Of a stretch of 64,000 nt of DNA, positions 26,010-32,421 are shown piece after piece; the first letter of the stretch is position 1, and every line of letters begins with the position of its first letter. The position numbers were made by a program, and so were the translations under genes. Source of the DNA: an uncultured bacterium. GTDB taxonomy: Bacteria > Verrucomicrobiota > Kiritimatiellia > RFP12 > UBA1067. The notes beneath the pieces were generated by a model. The model searched no databases and was not told the origin of the DNA. It saw only the letters and a list, made by a program, of their open reading frames with translations. The stretch is from positions 7,757-71,756 of the forward strand of contig CACYQU010000006.1 in assembly GCA_902776615.1 (NCBI GenBank). Direction: 5' to 3'.

Positions 26010-27353
26010 ATGAAGACGTCGAAATCGTTGAAGTGGTGGCAGTGGGAGACGCTCCTTGTTACGATGGGGGGCTATGCACTGTATTACGTGATCCGCAAGA
26101 ATCTTTCCATCGCAATGCCGCTTCTCGGCGATATTGGCGTAAGCAAGGTTCAGCTTGGCGCATTTCTCACTTGCGGGGGAATCGTCTATGGCGTGGGTCG
26201 CTTCCTGAACGGAATCGTCGCGGACAGAAACTCCGCGCGCAAGGTGATGTCCACCGGGCTTTTCATATGCTCGGCGGTCAACCTTCTGTTCGGCTTCAGC
26301 GATTTTGTCGTTTTGGGCGGAGCCGCGCCTGTCGTTTCCGGCGGGGCGGCGGCCGCCTCTGCGCTTGTCTGGACAATGGGAGTCGTTTGGATCGTCAACC
26401 AGTATTTCCAGGGGATGGGTGTTGGACCCTGCATAAAGACTCTCCCGAAATGGTTCCCTCCGGAAGAGCTTTCCACCAAGCAGTCTATATGGAATCTCTC
26501 GCACTCTGTCGGCGCAGGTGCGGTGTTCGCGCTTTGCGGGTGGTTGCTCATACCGTCGTTTCACTCGTGGCGGTTGTGTTTCGTCGTTCCTGCGGCCATT
26601 GCTGCGCTTGGTGGCGTCGCTGTGCTTTTCCTGTTCAAGGATGCGCCAGAGGATGTTGGACTCAGTCTGGGCGAGGCGGGGTCTGTTCCTTCGGCCAAGA
26701 CCAAAGATGCGGCTGCGCAAAAAGAGGATGACGGCTATCGAGCCTACGTATCGCGGAATGTGTTTCGCAACCCGAACGTGTGGATAATCGCCATAGCGGA
26801 TTTCTTTGTCTACACGGTGCGCTTTGCCGCGTTGGACTGGGGTATTGTGCTTCTCATGGAGACCAAAGGTCTTTCCCTTGCGTCGGCGACAACATTGTGC
26901 TTTGTGTTCGAGATATTGGGCGGCAATCTTGGAATGGTCGTGGCGGGCTGGGCGACAGACCGTTTCTTCGGCAGCCGTGCCCATCGCACAAGTGTCATAT
27001 GCATGGCTGGCGCGGCGCTTGCGCTTCTGGCGTTCTGGCGCGTGCCGGCGTCGGCTCCGTTCGTGCTCAAACTTCTGCCGTTCATGATGGTAGGCTTCTT
27101 CATATACGGTCCGCAGGCTCTTCTGGGAGTTGCCACTACCCAGCAGGCCACTCCGCGAGCGGCGGGTGTCGCAGGAGGTTTCGTGGGTATCTTTTCGTAT
27201 GCGTCAACAATCCTTTCCGGCATAGGCTTCGGATTCGTCGCACAAAACTGGGGATGGAACGCCGCGTACGCGACTGTGCTTTCCGCGGCTGTTATCGGAG
27301 GTGCCGTGCTAACGCTTATGTGGAGCGCGCCGGCTTCTCGACAGCCTGCATAA
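26010..27353 (+). CDS. glpT: MFS organophosphate:Pi antiporter (GlpT/UhpC family)
   Basis: WWQWETLLVTMGGYALYYVIRKNLSIAMP....G.SK..LG........YGVGRFLNGIVADR is the characteristic OPA-family N-terminus. About 12 TM segments; 3 nt after gpsA. Confidence 0.75.
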   Translation: MKTSKSLKWWQWETLLVTMGGYALYYVIRKNLSIAMPLLGDIGVSKVQLGAFLTCGGIVYGVGRFLNGIVADRNSARKVMSTGLFICSAVNLLFGFSDFVVLGGAAPVVSGGAAAASALVWTMGVVWIVNQYFQGMGVGPCIKTLPKWFPPEELSTKQSIWNLSHSVGAGAVFALCGWLLIPSFHSWRLCFVVPAAIAALGGVAVLFLFKDAPEDVGLSLGEAGSVPSAKTKDAAAQKEDDGYRAYVSRNVFRNPNVWIIAIADFFVYTVRFAALDWGIVLLMETKGLSLASATTLCFVFEILGGNLGMVVAGWATDRFFGSRAHRTSVICMAGAALALLAFWRVPASAPFVLKLLPFMMVGFFIYGPQALLGVATTQQATPRAAGVAGGFVGIFSYASTILSGIGFGFVAQNWGWNAAYATVLSAAVIGGAVLTLMWSAPASRQPA

Positions 27354-27377
27354 ACAAAAGAAGCGAAACTCGGCTCT

Positions 27378-27412
27378 GCCGACACTGCATTCCGTGTCGG
27401 CCTCTTTCTGTT
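27378..27412. terminator. intrinsic terminator between convergent glpT and umuC
   Basis: GCCGACAC (27378-27385), 8-nt loop, GTGTCGGC (27394-27401), then CTCTTTCTGTT. A second 12-bp inverted repeat GCCGCAAAGAAC/GTTCTTTGCGGC follows at ~27436-27482. Confidence 0.6.
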
Positions 27413-27527
27413 GCTTCGGCAATGAAATATTGTGAGCCGCAAAGAACGCATAGTGCGCAAAGCCTTTGTGTTCTTTGCGGCCTTTGCGGCAGGAAACCAC
27501 TCTATTTGCTTGCCGCATCTATAAAGC

Positions 27528-28775
27528 CTAACGCACTGTCATCAACTCATCCCAGCGCGTCGTGGACCGCTTGGAGAGTTTCGTCCGCTTCATATGCCAC
27601 GTGCGCAGACCGACGCCCTCTGCGGCGGAGAATACCATTCCCTTGCCGTAGCGGGCGTTGAGTGCGTCCACAGCCTTGTAGAGACGCGACCTTTCAGTTG
27701 GCGCGGTTGTGTCAAAGAGGTCGGTCTGGCGCGGCGCACCGGGTTTTTCGAGTCCGAAGAATACGACTCCCGTCTTGCGGTATCGCAGGCCTGGCGTGAA
27801 AAGCGCGGCGACTTCTGGCCGAAAAGCCCGAAGCATCTCATTGGTGGCATCGGTGGGCGTGGGGAATGTCACCGTCCTGGCGACAAAATTTCCCCCTCCG
27901 CCTGACGCGAAAATCTGCGCGTAGATGTTCCCCCCTGCCGCGAGAAGTCCGTTACGGCGAAGTTTTGCCGCCGCTTGCGCGGCGAAGGAGGCGACCGACT
28001 CTTCAAGCGCGTCAAGCGTGGTTGCAGGGGTTCCGAATGAGCGGGAACAGGACACTGAGTCTGGCGTAGCATCGTAATCCTTGTCCTCGCAGCAGGGAAT
28101 GCCCCTGAGCTCCATCGCCGTCCGCAGGAGCGTCACGCCGCCGACGGAACGGATGGTCTCGTCTGGCGCGTCTCGGAGGTGCTTGGCGGTCAGGATGCGT
28201 TCGGCGCGGAGTTTGGGCGGCAGGCGGCGGCCCACGCCCCAGACCTCGTCTACGGGCAGGGAGGCGAGAACCTCCGTTGGATCCTCTGGCATTAGGAACA
28301 CACCATCGGGTTGTTTCTTGCCGATGTGGTTGGCGATCTTGGCGAGCGTCTTCGTGGGCGCGAATCCTACTCCGCAGGGGATGCCTACCCAGCGGAGTAT
28401 CTTGGCGCGGAGTCGGCGACCGTAGGCGGGGTAGTTCTCGGCGGCGGTCGTCGGCGGATAGATGAACGCTTCGTCGATGGAATACGGCTCCACATCCACG
28501 GCCTCATCGCGCAGGATTGAGATGATCCGCCGCGACATATCGCCGTAAAGCTCGTAGTTCGACGAGCAGAAGGACAGTTCGCCTGTCGCCTCGCGGCTCT
28601 TCAACTGAAAGTATGGCGTCCCCATCGGAATGCCGAGCGCCTTGAACTCGTTTGAACGGGCGACGCAGCATCCGTCGTTGTTCGAGAGGACGGCAACCGG
28701 ACGTCCCACGAGGTGGCGGTTGAACACGCGCTCGCACGACACGAAAAAGTTGTTTCCGTCGACTAGCCCGATCAT
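27528..28775 (-). CDS. umuC: Y-family translesion DNA polymerase V catalytic subunit
   Basis: MIGLVDGNNFFVSCERVFNRHLVGRPVAVLSNNDGCCVARSNEFKALGI is the canonical UmuC N-terminus. Confidence 0.9.
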   Translation of the reverse strand: MIGLVDGNNFFVSCERVFNRHLVGRPVAVLSNNDGCCVARSNEFKALGIPMGTPYFQLKSREATGELSFCSSNYELYGDMSRRIISILRDEAVDVEPYSIDEAFIYPPTTAAENYPAYGRRLRAKILRWVGIPCGVGFAPTKTLAKIANHIGKKQPDGVFLMPEDPTEVLASLPVDEVWGVGRRLPPKLRAERILTAKHLRDAPDETIRSVGGVTLLRTAMELRGIPCCEDKDYDATPDSVSCSRSFGTPATTLDALEESVASFAAQAAAKLRRNGLLAAGGNIYAQIFASGGGGNFVARTVTFPTPTDATNEMLRAFRPEVAALFTPGLRYRKTGVVFFGLEKPGAPRQTDLFDTTAPTERSRLYKAVDALNARYGKGMVFSAAEGVGLRTWHMKRTKLSKRSTTRWDELMTVR

Positions 28776-29170
28776 CTCTTCCCCGCGAACCGATGGATGC
28801 AGGCCGTGACCTTGCCGAAATAGTCGAGCTCCTGCCCTGGGCGGAGGCGAATGACCTGGTAAGCAGGGTTTGCCGGCTCAAGCCTGACGCCGTCCTTGTC
28901 GTGTCGGTAGGTTTTGACCGTGAAATCGCCGTCCACGCTCGCGATAATCACATCGCCGTCGGCGGGACGCAAGGAACGGTCTACCACCAAGAGGTCGCCG
29001 TCAGAGATGCCTGCGCCGATCATCGAGTCGCCCTGGACGCGCACGAAGTACGTGGCGGCTGGTCGCTTCACTAGAAGCTCATTGAGATCGAGTGGCGGTT
29101 CGAGATACTGTTCGGCCGGCGAGGGGAACCCCGCCACGACCGATCCGGAAACCTTAGCTTTCGTGCGCAT
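28772..29170 (-). CDS. umuD: S24 peptidase, UmuD/LexA-like
   Basis: GFPSPAEQY...YFVRVQGDSMIGAGISDGDLLVVDRS (Ser/Lys self-cleaving fold); 4-nt overlap with umuC. Confidence 0.85.
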   Translation of the reverse strand: MRTKAKVSGSVVAGFPSPAEQYLEPPLDLNELLVKRPAATYFVRVQGDSMIGAGISDGDLLVVDRSLRPADGDVIIASVDGDFTVKTYRHDKDGVRLEPANPAYQVIRLRPGQELDYFGKVTACIHRFAGKR

Positions 29171-29173
29171 GAC

Positions 29174-29356
29174 TTATTTTCTCTTGCCGTTAACTGAAAG
29201 TCCAGTAGAGTTCACCAGCTCTGCCAAAGTGATATCAGGCATCGACTTCATGACCGACATTGTTTTCTTGGTGGTTTTCTCGGTAGTCTCTGCAACGGCG
29301 ATCTCGGCGATCAGATTCATCGCCTTGCAAGGTGGAATGTGCTTTTCGGAGCTCAT
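29174..29356 (-). CDS. possible 60-aa protein upstream of umuD (function unknown)
   Basis: AAGGG RBS-like sequence upstream and only 3 nt before umuD. The C-terminal MPDITLAELVNSTGLS hints at an HTH. Weak. Confidence 0.3.
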   Translation of the reverse strand: MSSEKHIPPCKAMNLIAEIAVAETTEKTTKKTMSVMKSMPDITLAELVNSTGLSVNGKRK

Positions 29357-29464
29357 TGCTCGTTCACCCTTGTCTCAATTCGCCAACGGAGTTTCATTTG
29401 TGTGCATATTATATCATATCCTCGTTGAAACGGCAGACACCACTGGTACGCTCTACCTATCCCA

Positions 29465-29509
29465 CTATTCACTATCACCTATTCCCTATTTTGATGGTGG
29501 AGGTGAGGG
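29465..29509 (-). repeat. displaced copy of the tmRNA 3' end plus downstream flank (att-like direct repeat, distal copy)
   Basis: On the minus strand it reads CCCTCACCTCC-ACCATC-AAAATAGGGAATAGGTGATAGTGAATAG. The same string occurs at the real ssrA 3' end (30948-30986) apart from the 6-nt ACCATC insertion, which restores an ACCA end. Confidence 0.75.
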
Positions 29510-29528
29510 AAATAAAACTACAGCCCGA

Positions 29529-29557
29529 GAAAATAGGGACCGTCGCTCCCTATTTTC
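29529..29557. repeat. perfect 11-bp inverted repeat hairpin built from the AAAATAGGGA motif
   Basis: GAAAATAGGGA (29529-29539), loop CCGTCGC, TCCCTATTTTC (29547-29557). Confidence 0.8.
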
Positions 29558-29733
29558 GCAAACAGTCGTTTTATTTCCGCCATCTGTCATTCGGAAACTC
29601 TTAAATTATATCATATTTCCTTCCGAAACGGGGCGATAAACTCCTGACGGACGGAAACGAACTCTGCCCTATTCCCTTTCTGAAAATAGGGACCATTGAT
29701 TCTACGTCCACTTGCCCAATCACGAACCGCACC

Positions 29734-30441
29734 TCAATCTACCTCATCGGCTGTCTTGAGTTTGCCTTTCCGAACGATCTCTCCATCTGGGTTTATCCAT
29801 ACGTCGTACCACCTTGCCCCCAATGGTTCCCCGTTCTCGTCGGAAAGGTACGTCTTCTTGTTCTTGACCAGGATCGTCCCATCCGGCTGCACGTTTGCGG
29901 TGTCGCCATCAATCAGAACTCGAAACGTGCGATTGTAAAGATCATAAGAACAAACGACGGAGTAAGTGAATGTGTGAGGATTACAGACCAACCAGAGATG
30001 CCGTCCGTCAGGAGAAAAACTTGCCTTGTAAACGTAGAAGGCATCTTTCACATCTTTTGCCCGGTCGGAATCCCACTTGGACATTCCGCCGGCTTCGCGC
30101 CAGTCGGAACCCGTGGTAAGCAACATGCGCCACTCCTCCGTTCCGTCCGCCTTGCGGCGACGCAGGAAAAGCGAATTGCGGTAAGGGTCCAACGATTCAG
30201 GTTCCCTTGCTTTATTGGAGGCGGAGTCCTCTGCCGTCTCTCCCGCAACAAGAGCAATCTCGCCCGACTCGTAGAGAAGTTCTGTTTCGCTCTGCACCGC
30301 CCGATACGGCGTTCCATGCATTGCAACTCGGTCGCCGAAGGGCGGCGCGGCAGGTTTCACGTTTGCATCCGGCGCATATTTGCATCCGACAACTGCCGCC
30401 AGCATTGCAAGGAGAAGAACCGTTTTCATTGCATTCATCAT
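29734..30441 (-). CDS. hypothetical lipoprotein
   Basis: MMNAMKTVLLLAMLAAVVGC lipobox; protein-like composition; no family recognised. Confidence 0.6.
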   Translation of the reverse strand: MMNAMKTVLLLAMLAAVVGCKYAPDANVKPAAPPFGDRVAMHGTPYRAVQSETELLYESGEIALVAGETAEDSASNKAREPESLDPYRNSLFLRRRKADGTEEWRMLLTTGSDWREAGGMSKWDSDRAKDVKDAFYVYKASFSPDGRHLWLVCNPHTFTYSVVCSYDLYNRTFRVLIDGDTANVQPDGTILVKNKKTYLSDENGEPLGARWYDVWINPDGEIVRKGKLKTADEVD

Positions 30442-30451
30442 CGGTTCCTTT

Positions 30452-30841
30452 CTAAAGCCGATTCACCTGCTTTTCAGTACCCGTACATAAGACGTTCTCC
30501 TTCGCCGTCTTGACACTGGCGGTGAGGAGCTTGATGAGTTCGGTGCAATCGGCGCAAAGGGAATCAAAGGCAGGCGACGGCTCGACAAGTTCACTGTCGC
30601 GGAGAAGCTCAAGCCAGTATTCGGTCTCGGCAGCTTCCTTGAGCGCGATCTGGAGTTTGGATGCAAAATCTGCCTTGCTTTGCGCATAGCGACTCTCGGC
30701 GATGTTCGCGCCGATTGAGGTTCCTGCCCGCAGCATTTGCTTTGCAATGACGGACTCCTTGCGCTCGCGCAGGTGTTTGTAGAGACGAACGATGCGGAGG
30801 GCAAAGGCCTTTGACTTCGTAAGCAAGATGCTTTCTTTCAT
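30452..30841 (-). CDS. four-helix-bundle protein (23S rRNA intervening-sequence protein / Avd-like family)
   Basis: KSKAFALRIVRLYKHL........AKQMLRAGTSIGANIAES......KADF..KLQIALKEA.ETEYWLELL is the family signature. Confidence 0.85.
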   Translation of the reverse strand: MKESILLTKSKAFALRIVRLYKHLRERKESVIAKQMLRAGTSIGANIAESRYAQSKADFASKLQIALKEAAETEYWLELLRDSELVEPSPAFDSLCADCTELIKLLTASVKTAKENVLCTGTEKQVNRL

Positions 30842-30900
30842 GGTGTGTACTTTTCTGCTTGTCGGTTCAGGTTACAGTTTATAGTGAACAACGAATAGTT

Positions 30901-30975
30901 TCCAAAATAGGGAATAGGTCATTGACGGTCCATTCACCACCTATTCACTATTCACTATCACCTATTCCCTATTTT
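30901..30975 (-). terminator. ssrA terminator hairpin (15-bp perfect stem)
   Basis: AAAATAGGGAATAGG (30904-30918) and CCTATTCCCTATTTT (30961-30975) are exact reverse complements. On the minus strand the stem ends in a U4 run. Confidence 0.5.
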
Positions 30976-31324
30976 GGAGGTGAGGGGAGTCGAACCCCTG
31001 TCCGAAACGGCATCACCCGAGCTTCTACGCGTGTATTGCGCCATTGATCTCGGACGCGGTATGCCGACGCACGGGCTTATCCGCATCCATCCGTTCGATT
31101 CGGCACCCTTAAGCGAGCGAGCGGAGCCCCCCTAAGCGTGGCCTGCTAGATGATGCCTAGGCGCTCAGCAGACATCGGCGCTTCGACACGGCGGCCAAAT
31201 TTAGGCGGCCATTTTGTAGCTGTTGTTCGCAGTTACTTGGTGTTCCCGTTTTTTAACGTGGCCAACGAGAATCCACGACGCGCTACCCGACCTCAACTCG
31301 TCCCGTCGAAACCGGATCACCCCC
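30975..31324 (-). ncRNA. ssrA: tmRNA (transfer-messenger RNA)
   Basis: The minus strand starts GGGGGTGATCCGGTTTCGACGGG and ends GGTTCGACTCCCCTCACCTCC-A. The acceptor has G1-C72 pairing and a G3:U70 wobble. Tag ORF GCG AAC AAC AGC TAC AAA ATG GCC GCC TAA encodes ANNSYKMAA. CCA is not encoded. Confidence 0.9.
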
Positions 31325-31343
31325 ATTTAGGGCTGTGGCGCGT

Positions 31344-31366
31344 AGTATACCATAATTTGATATACT
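31344..31366. promoter_or_regulatory. back-to-back extended -10 boxes for ssrA (minus) and rlmN (plus)
   Basis: AGTATACCA (31344-31352) is TGGTATACT on the minus strand, 19 nt upstream of the tmRNA 5' end. TGaTATACT (31358-31366) lies on the plus strand, 8 nt before the rlmN ATG. Confidence 0.45.
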
Positions 31367-31374
31367 ATGCATCC

Positions 31375-32406
31375 ATGAAGCCTGCTTGGAGCATACTGCC
31401 TGAAGAATGGAAGGGCATACTGTCGGAAAAAGGCCTGCGCGCGTTCCGTGCAGACCAGATTCTGCATTCACTCTATCGCGACTATATTACGGACTGGGAT
31501 CAGGCCACCACGCTCCCCAAGGATTTCCGTGAGGCTTTGAAGACGGAGTTTCCCCTGACAAGCGCGGAAACGCTGGATGTGTCGGAATCGTCGGACGGCA
31601 CGAAGAAGCTTCTCCTCGGTTTTGCGGACGGCAATTCGGTAGAGACCGTGCTCATCCCGGCGACCGGACGTTTTACGCAATGCATCTCGACCCAGGTGGG
31701 ATGCGGAATGGGATGCGCTTTCTGCGCAAGCGGTGCGCAGGGCGTCGTTCGTTCGCTGACGGCGGATGAAATCGTAGCCGAATACATGGCCGGTCGCCGG
31801 CTGGGCGAGATAACCAACATAGTCGTGATGGGCATGGGCGAGCCGTTCGCCAACTACGACGAGACGATGCGCGCGCTAAAGCTGATCAACGCCGGGAAGG
31901 GGCCCAACCTCGGCGCGCGACACATAACGCTTTCGACTTGCGGCGTCGTTCCTGGTTTCGCGCGCCTTGCATCTGAAGGAATCCAGTTCGAGCTTTCCGT
32001 CTCGCTTCACGCTCCGAACGACGAACTGCGTTCGCGGCTCATGCCGGTGAACCGCCGCTGGCCGCTTGACGAATTGCTTGCGGCGTGCGCCGACTACACG
32101 ATACGCACCAAGCGCATAATAACTTTCGAATATACGGTCATAAAAGGAGTGAACGACTCGCGCGAATGCGCCGAGGAGCTCGCCCGCCAAGTGCGCCGCG
32201 TGCCGATGGCGAAGGTCAACCTGATTCCTCTTTCGCCGGTTTCCCACCGCCCAGACTTCAAGACGCCGGACGATTCGACCATGTTGATGTTTTTGGATGT
32301 TCTCATGAAGCGCCATGTGCAGACAATGCTAAGGCGCTCGCGAGGCAAGGATGCCGACGCTGCATGTGGGCAATTGAAGCTGCGCCACAGGAGCGGCGGA
32401 ATATGA
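31375..32406 (+). CDS. rlmN: 23S rRNA/tRNA (adenine-C2)-methyltransferase, radical SAM
   Basis: Start trimmed to ATG 31375 because the upstream part of the track ORF overlaps ssrA. LRAFRADQILHSLY, radical-SAM cluster CGMGCAFCASG and MGMGEPFANYD are present. Confidence 0.9.
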   Translation: MKPAWSILPEEWKGILSEKGLRAFRADQILHSLYRDYITDWDQATTLPKDFREALKTEFPLTSAETLDVSESSDGTKKLLLGFADGNSVETVLIPATGRFTQCISTQVGCGMGCAFCASGAQGVVRSLTADEIVAEYMAGRRLGEITNIVVMGMGEPFANYDETMRALKLINAGKGPNLGARHITLSTCGVVPGFARLASEGIQFELSVSLHAPNDELRSRLMPVNRRWPLDELLAACADYTIRTKRIITFEYTVIKGVNDSRECAEELARQVRRVPMAKVNLIPLSPVSHRPDFKTPDDSTMLMFLDVLMKRHVQTMLRRSRGKDADAACGQLKLRHRSGGI

Positions 32407-32421
32407 TATAATAAAACGACT

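Noticed and set aside
25200-26984. 594-aa minus-strand ORF
   Set aside because: It is antisense to gpsA and glpT, both of which have clear family signatures. It is Arg/Ala/His-rich, as is typical of GC-rich antisense frames.
30452-30841. Diversity-generating retroelement (the four-helix-bundle protein is Avd-like)
   Set aside because: There is no reverse transcriptase and no template/variable repeat pair in the window. The family is also common outside DGRs.
29465-30986. Intact integrative element or prophage at ssrA
   Set aside because: There is no integrase, excisionase or phage gene between the repeats. Only a remnant or trans-mobilised cassette can be argued.
31150-31374. N-terminal extension of the rlmN ORF
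   Set aside because: It overlaps the 5' half of the tmRNA gene on the opposite strand. The canonical RlmN N-terminus begins at ATG 31375.
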